In this document: positions 1 through 12,336 of the stretch, piece by piece
Layout of the letters: the number at the start of each line of letters is the position of its first letter
Numbering within the stretch: position 1 is the first letter of the stretch
Assembly (NCBI GenBank): GCA_904063045.1
Contig: CAJFCJ010000006.1
Location: 3,674,408 to 3,738,407, forward strand
Direction: 5' to 3'
Source of the DNA: Dimorphilus gyrociliatus
Lineage: Eukaryota > Animalia > Annelida
Length of the DNA: 64,000 nt
Translations under genes and position numbers: made by a program
Notes under the pieces: generated by a model
The model's input: the letters and a program-made list of their open reading frames with translations, nothing else
The model's database searches: none
Told to the model about the DNA's origin: nothing

Positions 1-14
1 CGAATCCGCGCCAT
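1..14 (-). other. Possible start of a divergently transcribed gene running off the left edge (ATG GCG CGG ATT CG..., M-A-R-I-)
   Basis: The minus strand reads caaaacATGGCGCGG, a good initiation context, about 200 nt upstream of the CLPTM1 ATG. Only 4 codons are visible. Confidence 0.3.
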
Positions 15-33
15 GTTTTGACGAACGGTTCTA

Positions 34-41
34 TGACGTCA
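34..41. promoter_or_regulatory. Palindromic CRE/ATF site TGACGTCA in the CLPTM1 upstream (probably bidirectional) promoter
   Basis: Exact TGACGTCA at 34-41, about 180 nt upstream of the ATG at 222. Confidence 0.4.
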
Positions 42-221
42 GCTGTTGAAAGAAAAACTACAAGTTTTGAAATACTAACATGGGGTTTTCAATAGGAGAA
101 AAATCATTTTATCTAAAATTAGAAGGCGAATTCTGAATAACTAACCAGTAAAATATGCAGAAAAATACGAAAACAGATATCCTTTTCGACTGCTGCGGTA
201 AAGGCTGGAAGAGAAATAAAA

Positions 222-2836
222 ATGGCGGACGACAGTAATGATAACACTACGGCGTCTTCATCTAACGGTGAAGTCGTAGCTACTGATGCTGCGGCTACCA
301 ACGAAAATACACAAGTAAGTTCGGATTTTTCCAGTTTAAACTAGTAAACAAGAGCTGAGTCATCATGGAATGTTCCACGTGCGTCACCCAACAGAGGATG
401 ACTATTTAATGATTCAGACCCGCAACATTTCTTTTAGGGGTCAACATTTAATCGCATCTTACTTTTAATTGCCGTTGTATTTTAGGTCCAACAAAATGGG
501 CAAAATGCTGAAAATCAACAACCTAGGCCTGGCGGATGGGCGATATTTAAATCTTTGTTATTCCGAATGTTCATCATGTATATGATAGCCAGTTTTTTTA
601 GACGCCCTCAACAACAACAAGAGCCTCAAAAAGGTCCTGATGGCAAACCTATGCCATCTTATGGACCAGCAACGAACATGTTTCCCAAAGGATTGGCTTT
701 GGATTTGTATGCTTATTTATCGGAGTCAGAAGTTTTTGATGACTTCAAACCTGAATCATTATTCTGGTTGGAAGAGGAGCTTGAGTATGGAGATTGGACT
801 AGTGGTTTGACGAAAGATGGAACCTATATTAAAGACGGAAAGATAAAGGCCACTCCCGTAATTAATCACACAACTTTAGATAATTTTTCATTATTTTAAT
901 TAAATCTTTCAGACTATTCAAAACAACGGCTCCATATATTTGCATGTTTTCATCGTTAAGGCGGGTAATTCACCTGATCCCAGAGATTCTAGTTACGATA
1001 AAAAATTTACTATCAAGAAAACCAAGCGTTCGTATTTTCTAATTATCATATCTATTGGCTAATTTTATAATGGCTTACAGGATTGAATAAATTTAAGAAA
1101 AGGAAATTTGTCCAAACGGTAAATCTTCTAACTGGAAAAAGCGATGCTCATCCTGATTTAATTAGAGTAAGATATCAAATTTAAAACTCTCTAAAAGCTT
1201 TTAATCAATCGTGTATGTAGGCTCAAAATGAATCAAAATATGAAATTCTTTCCCACTGGCATCCAAATCTTACTATTAACCTAGTTGATGATCATACAGC
1301 CTGGACTAGGGGAGCCGTACCAGCTCCCTTAGATGAATGTAAGTTTCGAAATTATAAATTTTTTTTAGTTTATCACTTTACTTTTTTACAGTTATCGAAT
1401 TTCATCCGACTGTTAATCAGTACTATCCTGTTGTATATTTAAATGATTATTGGAATATGAACAATGAATATTTTCCCCTTAATGACACAATCAAGTGAGT
1501 TTTGATATAGTGTTAATATATTTTTTATCTAAATATTGAATATTTTCGCAGAGAATTGAACTTTTCATTAACATTCGCTCCAATGTCACTATTTAAATGG
1601 CAGATTTATGCTGCTCAATCGATGAGAAATAAATGGTATAGTTTCATGTCAGATATGAATGATGGGGACGATGAAGATCAAGACTCATTGAAAGTAAACA
1701 CTTCAACTATTGTAAAAATATTTACTAATTCTTTGTTTTATACAGCAAACTTTAATCGAAACTAATCCGTATCTTTTAGCTTTAACTGTTGTTGTTTCAC
1801 TAGTTCATAGTGTTTTTGAATTTTTGGCTTTTAAAAATGGTAATGTTGCAATACGTAGTGATTTAATCCAGAAGTATCAAATTTATCTTCTTTGTAGATA
1901 TTCAATTTTGGAAAAATAGGAAATCTTTAGAAGGACTCTCTGTTCGATCAGTATTTTTCAATGTGTTTCAGTCATTAATAGTCTGTTTATATGTACTTGA
2001 CAACGAAACAAATTTTGTTGTCAAGGTATCAGTTTTTATTGGATTAGCTATTGAGGTTTGGAAAATTGGTAAAGTTGTAAATGTCAAAGTAAATATTTTA
2101 TACTCTAGTGCGATTCGAAAATTTATAGTAATCAAAATCTTTTCAGTTTGACCGGACAAACAAGCTATTAGGAATTATACCAAAACCATACTATGAAGAT
2201 AAGTCAACTTATACAGAGTCAAACACCAAGCGTTATGATCAAGTAAGATTTGTATATTAACATTTTTTTTACTGAAGTGTGTGTACTTTCAGTTGGCGTT
2301 CAAATACTTATCGTGGGCTTTATTTCCCATGCTTGGATGCTATGCTGTTTATTCAGTTTTGTATCAAGAACACAAAGGCTGGTACTCATGGGTATTATCT
2401 ATGTTGTATGGATTTCTTCTGACTTTTGGCTTTATTATGATGACTCCTCAACTTTTTATAAACTACAAGTTGAAGAGTGTAGCTCATTTACCATGGAGAA
2501 CATTCACTTATAAAGCCCTAAATACTTTCATTGATGACATTTTTGCATTCGTTATTCGTATGCCAACTCTTTATCGTCTAGGCTGTTTCAGAGATGGTAA
2601 TTTTATAATTGACATTTTGATAGACTCTTGAAATTAATAAAAAATTTTCAGATATCATCTTTCTCATCTTCTTATATCAAAGATGGATTTATAAAGTAGA
2701 CCCGAAGAGGGTTAATGAATTTGGAACTAGCCAAGAGATGTTAGATAATCCAGATGCCCAAAATGCCATAGATAATAACGGAGAAAATGAAGCAAATGGC
2801 GAAGATAAATCGGAAACTGAGAAGAAGAATGACTAA
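222..2836 (+). CDS. CLPTM1: Cleft lip and palate transmembrane protein 1 homolog (multi-exon)
   Basis: Hand-spliced GT-AG exons give MADDSND...GGWAIFKSLLFRMF...YGDWTSG...SHWHPNLTINLVDDH...FLAFKNDIQFW...QLFINYKLKSVAHLPWRTFTYKALNTFIDDIFAFVIRMP...YQRWIYKVDPKRVNEFG...EKKND*, all hallmark CLPTM1 motifs. Exon 1 is 222-314, exon 2 is 486-857, last exon 2652-2836. Confidence 0.96.
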
Positions 2837-3374
2837 TCTGTTCAAAAAATATTTATGAAATTTCCCTAAGTTGTAAATGCAGTTATGTTACCGCCTGAAC
2901 AAATTGTACATCAATCTGTACGTTTATATTAAGTTGTATAGTTTAATTTATGTATTCTATACTTCATAATACAGTAGAATATAAAATATCTTCTGACTCC
3001 ATATGGAGGTTTTATTAATATACAAAGCTTAGGTCTCTTATCACATTGCTATCATGCAAAACATATAACGCGTGAAAATTATGCTCGATAGAAATTCATC
3101 TATGTACAATAAATTGCCAAAGGTTGGAGAGCAAACCGATATTTGCAAGTACGTGAAACACGGAATGGTCAACAATAATTATAAAATATTAAGAAATTAA
3201 TATTCAACAGTCTTTTTTCATATTTTTTAACAGATTTGTATCAGTTAGTGGAAAGACTATTAGTTTGGCACAAAGCAGCAGTCGTAGACGTTCAGTTTCA
3301 GCTTTGCCTGCAAAAATGAACGCCAGAAATCACACAAGGCAGTAGAGTGGAATATTTTTTTTCAGATATATCTT

Positions 3375-5176
3375 TCACGTAACATCCTTAACTGAAGATG
3401 GAGATGTTGGTCTAGACCATGTATAGCAGTTTCCTTCATAACATGCTGTAACAAAACATTCCTCCAAGAAATGAACAGATGTTAAGCGTTCGTTAGAAAT
3501 CTTTTTGCAAATTAATGGTTCCAGCAGTGGAACTTCCTCTAGTCTTGGGCATACTGGTGTTCCAAGAACTTTGTCATCCAACGGTTTTACATGGTTAGTT
3601 GAGCCTGATTTGGAAGTGAAAGATATGTTACGTTTGTGTTCCTTCTTTTCGTCTTTTTTGTCCCCTCCTAGAGTAAGATTGACAAATTTATTAGTTAGAG
3701 GTGACTTAGAAGTTTTAGCTGAAGAAGGAGGTGCAAGAGATACTGTCGATTGAACGCCTGAATTGGGAGTTGGCAGAGACGTTGGTCTAGAGGCCGGCGG
3801 TGGTTGCCGTAGGACATCTTCATTAATGTCCCAAAGACATAATTGAGTATCATCACCGACACTAGCCAGTCGATACTCGAGAGGTTTGCACAACGAACTG
3901 TCAAAAGCCACACAATTAATCCATGACTTATGACCACGACCCCTGCAAACAATTCTGCGCTGTTGCATAGAAAATACAGTTACAAGGTCGTCTTCTCCCC
4001 CAGCCGCAACGTAGTAGCCATCAGGTGACCAAGCGCAGTGTAAGAAGGCGCCAAAATAACTACGAAAACTAGTTGTTAATTCCTGCCTGAGCCAGTGGAC
4101 TATTCGGAGATATCCGTCTGCAGAAGTAATAGCTAAATGTTCGCCGTCTGGTGAAAATGAGAGGTGTGTAATGGCGCCAGCGCCGACGACCCAACGATAG
4201 AGGGGATTTCTAGTTGATTTCGTTTTGCAGGTGAACACTGACACAGAGTCTGTATGCTTGAAAGATTGATAATGAGGGGGTTGAGTACATGTTGTTTGCA
4301 GGTCCGTGTTATAAACGTATAACTGTCCACTACTATGGGAAACGACGAACTGGTTTTGAACACCGGGTAACCATCGAACGCAAGTAACACGAGACTTATC
4401 GACTTGTCGCTGTGAGAAATCAATCAATAAAAAGAGTTACACGGAGAAGATTAGTCAACATTTCAATTTCATATTAACAATTGCTACTAATATTAAATAT
4501 GCAAAGTTGATAGGTGTGAGAAACTAAGCTGTTTAGTTCAGAAAAATCTACTTACTTCTTTATTAAATAGTTTACAGTTGAAAACTTCTTTTCGAAGTGG
4601 ATCTATTAACTGTATTTGGCCACCCGAAAAACCAATCAAAAGTGGTAAACTATCAGCAGAAGCCAGTCCTTTATTAAAGTCATGACTTGTAGGCATAGTT
4701 CCCTGATAAGACCGTTTGTCGATTGGTTTTGATAAGTCTGCAGCCTGTAATAAAATTTGCAATCAAATATGGCAAATTCTCTAAATATGGTGATTAAACA
4801 TTTTTCGAATATAATGTATGACTAATGATACAAATTGTTACATATTTTTTATTCTTTACGATAATTACAGAATCGCAATTAGTTTTTTTCAAAATCTTTT
4901 CTATGTTTTTATTAAGCTTATTGCAAAATATCTTACTTTTCGGACTCCTCGATATGGATATACAAATAGTTCACGTCCGGAATTAAAGGCGAATATCAGT
5001 TCTGAACTTTTATCAACGTTTGTTTCGATGAAAGACAATCTGACTGGTGAATATTGAGGCGGGTTTATTTGATTCCTTGTCGGCTTTGAATATTCCGACA
5101 AAGGTAGCAACTTATATTTTCCCTCTCTCGTCACAAAAGCAGTTTTTACTTCCTTGCCTCCGTCGGAGGAAGCCAT
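3375..5176 (-). CDS. WDR20: WD repeat-containing protein 20 / DMWD homolog (USP12/46 cofactor), 3 exons
   Basis: MASSDGGKEVKTAFVTREGKYKLL..., AADLSKPIDKRSYQG, LIGFSGGQIQLIDP, DKSRVTCVRW, KSTRNPLYRW, SYFGAFLHCAWSPDGYYVAAGGEDDLV, GHKSWI, PVCPRLEEVPLLEPLICKKISNERLT match the WDR20 family. Confidence 0.95.
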
Positions 5177-5909
5177 GTTGGATTTTCGAGTTCACCCGGA
5201 TGTTAATATTTTTATTTGATCACGTTGCGTTCGTTTCGATTACGGTGTCCTGCTATTGGTATATATTTATATATATACATATACTGTATAAAGCTGGTTT
5301 TAAAAAAAATATTTCAAGCACGCATTTCGTTACATAATACCTTACCAATAGCAATGTGATTGCTGATAATTGTGTTTCAGCGACCAATTGTCAGCTAAAC
5401 AATGAAAAAATTTTTTAATCTAAATTAACATTCTTTAAATATTTTCTTACCTTTGAATATATAGAGTTTATTCCAATTTTCTCTAAATAAAATATTCAAA
5501 ATAGTCTCATTCTTGACAATAAGACACTCAACATCAAAACGGTCTGGCTTATCAATCTAGTTTTATTCTTTTCTATTTTAGCTAAATCATTTTAATTTTT
5601 TTAAAAACTAGAATAGAACTGAAAAATGGAGGTATGGAACGTTGTTTTCTTATTAACTATGGAAATGAACAATGAATTATTCTTAGGGTTTATTGATTAT
5701 TTGCAGTAATGTCCTTAATTGCCATTGTACTTTGATGAAATCGAACAGTTTCCTTTTGCTCTTGTTGAAACGTGTTTTGTTAAGCATATTATTATTCAAA
5801 GTTAAAAATATTTTTGATATTTTCTTAAGACCTTAACTGTTGTTGATTTTTGAAGCTAGTACAATTGCTTTTTATTAAATAAAAAGTTTAAATTTGGGTC
5901 AATACATTA

Positions 5910-5917
5910 TCACGTGA
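5910..5917. promoter_or_regulatory. E-box TCACGTGA (USF/TFE-type) in the WDR20-ANAPC5 divergent promoter
   Basis: Exact palindrome TCACGTGA about 90 nt upstream of the ANAPC5 ATG. The two genes start head-to-head 829 nt apart. Confidence 0.35.
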
Positions 5918-6004
5918 TCCAAATGATCGAGAGAAAACTGGTGATAGAAAGTAATCTTTTGCCTTTTACAAAAATCTGCCAAATGCAAAAGTATTATTTT
6001 TGAG

Positions 6005-8005
6005 ATGGACCGCGAAAATGGAGCTAAATGCATTACTGCAGATAAAGTTGTGATAGCAGTTTTAGTAAGCTGCGTTAGTGAGTTTAGCGATGTTGAATGT
6101 ACTGTTAGACCATCGCAGAATATTGTAAAGTTTTCTGAAGATCAAGAACGCAAGGCGTTCTTCCTCCTATTAAAATATGTCAAATCATGTATTCTTCCAA
6201 GCTTTTCTATATTATGTCGTGAAGTCGATAGTGTTGGGCATCAGCCATTCATCGATATGTTCACAACAGACATAAGGGAACTAACTGATGAAGAATTAGC
6301 TGTGGAGAAACTGCATCAAATTTTTTCCAATCTAGAAAGTCAAAAAGTTGAAACGGGATCTAGTACTGTTATAGGATTTTTTTTCCGTCGATACTTAATG
6401 GCATTTGACTATCTGCAATTCGAAGATACAGCTGATTTGTTGCGCGATGTTAAACTTATTGTTGATGGAAAACTTATGAGCGGTCCCAAAGACACTTTCT
6501 TAGAAGAGCAAGCTAGAATGCTAGAGATAGACGAAAGAAAAGTAGCCCGACCGGTCGAATTGCAAAATATGATAAATGTAAGCTCTAAAGATATTGCTCC
6601 ATTCGTTGCCTATATGAATGCAATGAGAGTAAAAGACTTTCCTGACGCTCTATTTCATTTGCACGCTTACTTTGATAAGAAATACACAAAAAAAACAGAT
6701 ATTTGTGGTGCAGTCTTGGCTCATGCAGGTGCACATTCTTCTTTAGGAATGACACAAAGTGTTGAAGAATGTATGACTGAGTCAGTTGAGGTAGCCCCAC
6801 CTCCTCTTCCTCCTCAATCTCAATCAGCTTCTCATCATCTACCTCAGTCGCCATTTCTAAGTGTTCTGACATGGTTACCCGGTGTACCGAATCTTATGAA
6901 TGTTTATCGTCAACAATTAAGTCGAGCTATGGATATTAAAGACCCAAAACTTGCTGCCAAAATAAGTATTCATGCAACTGTAGCTATGTGCCGTTTAGCT
7001 CAGACAAACAAAAATTTTTCACTGGCTGGTTACATTCAGTTATTAAATCACTGTTCAAATTATTTACATAACGAAAACGATGGAAATTTGCTAGCAGCCA
7101 CTAAGGCTGCATTATTCTATAGATCATCCTTGCCATCTTTATCTGTTGTCTCCTATACTAGCGTTTTATCAGACGTAACTTGTAACGGTGAGTTGCAAGC
7201 AAAAGCTATTGTTGGATTAGCTAGATTGTTTTCACATCGAACGAAATTCTTAGAAAAGCTCTTCGAGCATGCTGCTAGACGTTTCCCACGCTATTCACGC
7301 TACTCAGAGCTCATTGAAGAAGAAAAAGCCAAACTATTAAGACTACCAAAAGTTCTTAGAGAAAATAATATTCCAAAGGCTTACGCTCTTGCGAGTGATG
7401 TTCATAAGAACGATGATACTAAAAGTATTATTACTATATTGTTAGAATCTGAACGTTACGAGGAAGCTTGGAAAATGTTAAGGCTAACAACTAATGAGGA
7501 TATTCTTCCTGTAACGAGGGTGAAGTTATTAGCCTTTGGTGCTACTCTATTACAGTTCACATCACAGGTTGCCTTAGAACCGCTTACACAAGCACTTATC
7601 TTCTGCGATGACTATAACATGTGTTCAGATGAAAAGACGGATATCCTTTTGAGGATCTGCTATCAATTATTGGCTATGCGATTACCAACAAAAGCTTTAT
7701 GGATTGCGAAACAAATGGCAAAAATGAAATGTTTAAATGTTAATAAAACATTAAACGAAGCGAAAATAATTAAGGCTAAAGCTTATTCGATCCTGGGACT
7801 ATTTCCTAAAGCCTTAGGAGTGTTGGAATTAATAGAAAGCGACTGTTTCTCAACCGAAAAACTTATTGGATTAACATATTTTAGAGCAAGACTTTACGAT
7901 GCAACAGGACAGATGAGAAAAAGAAACGAGCAGTCTCAATATTTGAGTAAACTTATTGGATCACGACCGTATCGTTCTAGAAAACTATGTCTGTTGACAG
8001 TTTAG
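6005..8005 (+). CDS. ANAPC5: Anaphase-promoting complex subunit 5 homolog, single exon, divergent
   Basis: 666-aa ORF with APC5-like segments TADKVVIAVLV, STVIGFFFRRYLMAFDYLQF, FLEEQARMLEIDERK, VAYMNAMRVKDFPDALFHLHAYFDK, followed by TPR-like helices. Confidence 0.8.
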   Translation: MDRENGAKCITADKVVIAVLVSCVSEFSDVECTVRPSQNIVKFSEDQERKAFFLLLKYVKSCILPSFSILCREVDSVGHQPFIDMFTTDIRELTDEELAVEKLHQIFSNLESQKVETGSSTVIGFFFRRYLMAFDYLQFEDTADLLRDVKLIVDGKLMSGPKDTFLEEQARMLEIDERKVARPVELQNMINVSSKDIAPFVAYMNAMRVKDFPDALFHLHAYFDKKYTKKTDICGAVLAHAGAHSSLGMTQSVEECMTESVEVAPPPLPPQSQSASHHLPQSPFLSVLTWLPGVPNLMNVYRQQLSRAMDIKDPKLAAKISIHATVAMCRLAQTNKNFSLAGYIQLLNHCSNYLHNENDGNLLAATKAALFYRSSLPSLSVVSYTSVLSDVTCNGELQAKAIVGLARLFSHRTKFLEKLFEHAARRFPRYSRYSELIEEEKAKLLRLPKVLRENNIPKAYALASDVHKNDDTKSIITILLESERYEEAWKMLRLTTNEDILPVTRVKLLAFGATLLQFTSQVALEPLTQALIFCDDYNMCSDEKTDILLRICYQLLAMRLPTKALWIAKQMAKMKCLNVNKTLNEAKIIKAKAYSILGLFPKALGVLELIESDCFSTEKLIGLTYFRARLYDATGQMRKRNEQSQYLSKLIGSRPYRSRKLCLLTV

Positions 8006-8118
8006 AAACGCCATCTACCGCTTTAACCCAACCATTTTGAAATAGTAATAAAAACTACTACTGTTTACCTATTTTCTAGAAAAAAAAGATGTACAACTTA
8101 AATGATAATTTTTCTTAG

Positions 8119-8120
<2 letters not shown>

Positions 8121-8148
<28 letters not shown>
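8121..8148. repeat. (TC)14 microsatellite
   Basis: Direct reading. Confidence 0.95.
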
Positions 8149-8150
<2 letters not shown>

Positions 8151-8630
8151 GCCCTTTAATAATTCTATTTGGCAATATTTATATTAATTAACATTTATTA
8201 TAGATACATATAATAAAGAAACGTACACTCTCTACAGACATTGTCCATTTTTATCATGGAAATAATATAGTAATATATTTTCACCAATTATAAAAAAACA
8301 GATTCATTCAAAAATGAATAAATAAAGCACCAGATGGGTGTTTATACCTTTTTTGTTGTTTTGTTCACTCCCACCCCCCCCCCGTTTAGCACTCAATTAA
8401 AGCTATCAGATAGACAAAAGTATAAAATTTATTAGTTACCTGATTTATGGAAAACTGATTAAAATTCTTATTTAAACAATATTGTAGTATGTTTATTTAT
8501 TAAATTTGTGTTTTTAAATAACTTTTGTGTGCAAAACTTGAAATTGTTTTAATTTAAACAAAAAGTAGAAAGTTATCAAGTTATTAATGTTATTATTCAT
8601 TGGCAAAATGATAGGATTATATAGTGTTCT

Positions 8631-11176
8631 TTAAGGTTGCTCTCTTCCCATACAGTTTTTGTAATCGCTGTAATCTACATTTTCTATAGAACATAATTGA
8701 ACTGATTTACACTCTCCTGTACAAGTTTCATTAGGGTCGTATAAAACACCATTCATTTGATAATATTTATCAAATAGGCTTCCATCCAACCTCAATTTTT
8801 TACTTAACGTTGCCATCTGTTCATGACTAGCAGATGACAATTTGTATAAATCTGTAAAATTATAAAGAGACTTCCAGTTGGGTTTATTGTCATCGTTAGC
8901 CTTTTTTAAATCTAGATAAAATTGATGATAATCTAAAGTTGTTCCAGTGTTTCTATCATATTTTATAAGACGAATAGCTGGATTATTGCCAGTTCCACCA
9001 ATTACACCTGGTAGCTGTAATATATTATTTAATAGCTATGAATAGTAAATAATGACTGAAAGAGGAAACCTAAGGAGCACACGGAACGTATGTAGGCGGC
9101 GGAGGAGGAGGAGGACTATTAAAGAGTTATAAAACAAGATATCTTACGGTTGTTTCCCATGGCGTTATTGCTGAATTAAGTAATATTGATGATACGACTT
9201 CTGCTTTATCTGTAAATACATAATTAGTCATTAATATAATAAACTAGTCATATTATCTATTTCTAGTAATTAAATATAGAGAAAATGAAAAGACAAACCT
9301 GCCGAGAGAATAATTCTAAAACTGTCCGTATGGTGGTGCGCCATATGAACGGCTGATATTATATTCGAGTACTTTTGCAGGAGACGGACAAAGATTTTAT
9401 TGTGAATTTCGTCAAACCAATTTTTTTCTCTATGTTTTTCAAATTGACCTGGAGGAACGTGACCTAACAAGACAGCCTGTTTTGCATAAAGATTACATAA
9501 AGTTAGTTAAAAATTTTACTTGTTTAAATGTATAGTTATTTATAGATATCATTTAATTAATAACTCAATTGTAATGATGTTTTCATATTATATTATAGTA
9601 CATATCCTTCAATGGTATCAATACAATTGTATATATTATACTTATAGATAAACATATATAGTTTTATATGGGTACATATAACGTATTTACTATCAGTTAT
9701 ACCCGCAACTATTATTGATGTAATGAATTTATAGAGGAAAAATAACAAAAAACCTCTTTCTACAAACCTTTTTGCCTTTTTCTCTAATATCTTGTAGTGT
9801 CCTATCCAACCAAGAAAATTGGCCTGCTGGATCAGGCTGCCAATTTGATCCTGTTGTTAATTTGTTACTTTGATAGTAGAAGTTTGTATTAAGTACAATC
9901 ATTGTAAAATTTGAATTAGGTACTTTAAGTTTATAGAAACCGGCTGAAAATTGAAAGAAAATGATTAAAATATTGCGCTCCTTCTTTGAAAAAGAGAGGA
10001 TGTCCTCTTTTAGGATAGAGAACCACCTTCTTTAAAAGTATCTACAGAGTCTTGTGTTTTTAACCACATGTTCCATCTTTGCCCCAATTCTGTATAGAGC
10101 GGTGCGCTATACGGAGGTAATTGACTCTTAGGACTCCAATCATGATTTCCCAAAGCTGAATAGCATTGAACGTCCGGAAAGTATCTTTCAATAACATCCG
10201 TCAAATTAAAGATAATTTCTTTTACAACTTCAATATTTAGGAAAGTATCATTGTATATATGGGGTGTATCATCGCTGAAACGATAAAAATTCATAACTTA
10301 CCATGGCATTTTCCATACAGAAATTATTTCAATGCCTATACTATTTCTCTCCATTTATTTTTGAGATAAATACTTTTAAATGACACGTAAAATAAATTGA
10401 TAATAACATAAAAAGACCTTAATATATACTCTACTTAAAAAGTACACTTTGGTATCAAATAATTATGACACAACTAAAGCTTCTCTTGTCTTCGGTATTA
10501 TTAATCGTAATAACTGATAACTATTATTAAGTTAGCGTGCTTAAAATTATAAGTATAATCTTGTGATAAACAACCTAAATACATAATTTTGATTGTATTA
10601 TACTATTATTTCAGCAGGTTGAATGTGTATGCAATTAAGTGGATATCCTATATTATATATATATATATATAACTGTATATGTGTATACAGCATGTATTAC
10701 GTTTCTTCTAAGCATTTGCTAAGCGTTAAAACTACAATTTAACGAAGCTTATTTACTTAAGATGTTTTAAAAGTCTAGACTCTTTCGCTATTTATTTATC
10801 TTTTACCCTGTCCAAATGATGAAATCAGGATTTGGGTACTCCTTTTTCATTGCTTCGAAGGCACTCTCAATTAATTTCATTGGCGAATCGCATAGGAAAT
10901 TTCCATAAGGTCCAAATCTGGGATGGCCACTTTCATTTTTTGAGCAAGAGCCACCACCTAGTCCTTTGATATACGTGTGATCCAAATGCATATCAGTCAC
11001 ATGCCAAAAATAACCTTTTAATTTTTAAAAAATACTGTTTATTATCATATGTTTCACTGATTTCATTGAAAAAATCATTTAATTAAATTTTAATTCTAAT
11101 TACCTTGGCAATTGATGAAACTAGATAAATAAACAATAACCAGAAAACTGGAGTATATTCGCAATGATATATTCAT
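8631..11176 (-). CDS. SMPDL3: Acid sphingomyelinase-like phosphodiesterase 3 (SMPDL3A/B-like metallophosphoesterase), secreted, ~6 exons
   Basis: Signal peptide MNISLRIYSSFLVIVYLSSFINCQ. Motifs FWHVTDMHLD, FIIWTGDDTPH, LGNHD, LLGHVPPG, AHHHTDSF, AITPWETTLPGVIGGTGNNPAIRLIKYD, and C-terminal CTGECKSVQLCSI...YKNC. No GPI-type hydrophobic tail. Confidence 0.92.
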
Positions 11177-12336
11177 ATTTTAATTATCAATCTTGTACTC
11201 CGATCAGCTCACAGGAAGAAATGAAGATTATTAAATGATAAGACATAGATTTATATCATAGTTTTTTTTTCAAGAGTGCTTTTAAGAGATTTTTAAATGT
11301 AAAAAAATTAAAGTTTAACTGGTATCTATTAATTAGACATTTAAATAAAGAAGACAGCTACAGATAGGATAGATATATTGATATACGTATAGATAGATAG
11401 TCTGAGAAAAGATGCTAAAATAGCCTAAATCTTAATAGTTAATTATTGCCGAGAAGATATTCGTCAACATTCGTAAAAGAGTTTTCAAACTCTGAAAAGA
11501 TATTTACACGAAGAAGAGTATTATCTAAAAAAAATATAGTCAAATCTTAATAACAAAGAGTTCTATTGTTTAAAGAATACGAAATATGAATATATTTTAA
11601 ATGGAAAATTTCATATCTATCTCAATCAAAGACACTTTTAGATACTGTAAACTAATAAATAATTTAACTTTTCGTCCTATATTTGTCACCATGATTTTAT
11701 CCTGTACTCGGAATGGCGAAACTTGTCGATAAAGTACTTGTTGAACTTGTAAATGAGAAAGAATAATAGCTCTTGATTAGTTATTAATGCATACTTTTCA
11801 AGATATTCTTGTAAAGAGCTTACCAATATACTAAATTAATTAAATATATACTATACAGTGTAAAATATGACCTTAACTCGTAGCCATACATACAAATTTA
11901 TAGTTGCAAAATAAGAAGGAGTTATTAAAGAATAGCCTTAATAACACAACAACTACTTGTTAAAAAGTGCTGATTTCATCATGCTATTTTCTTTCCAACT
12001 GTTTTGTTAAGTAGCCTTACATTTAATCTTTTTTTTTGATTAATTTCTCCTAGTTCAATGATTTTCATTTATTATTAAAGTGTTTCATTTGATAGACAAT
12101 ACATCTATCTTCTAAGAACGGTGACTTAGTTTAATGATCTTTACAGCTGATTTGGTATATGTGTCCATTATTTACTGTACGAGTTTCGAGTGTATTTTGT
12201 ACCAATTGTAACGCCTTCACATTAAAAATGACTAACACTTCTATTTAATAAATTTAATCAAGTGTTACGTTCCTTTCTACATATTTTTCTATATATGAAT
12301 ATACTGTCACTAATTTTATTTAATTAGAGAATCGCT

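Noticed and set aside
1-12. cgaatcc at the window start resembles a tRNA T-loop
   Set aside because: The upstream sequence is missing and no acceptor stem can be verified.
11430-11770. Short coding-like frames in the SMPDL3-GPCR intergenic region
   Set aside because: Under 35 codons, with no coherent splice model or homology.
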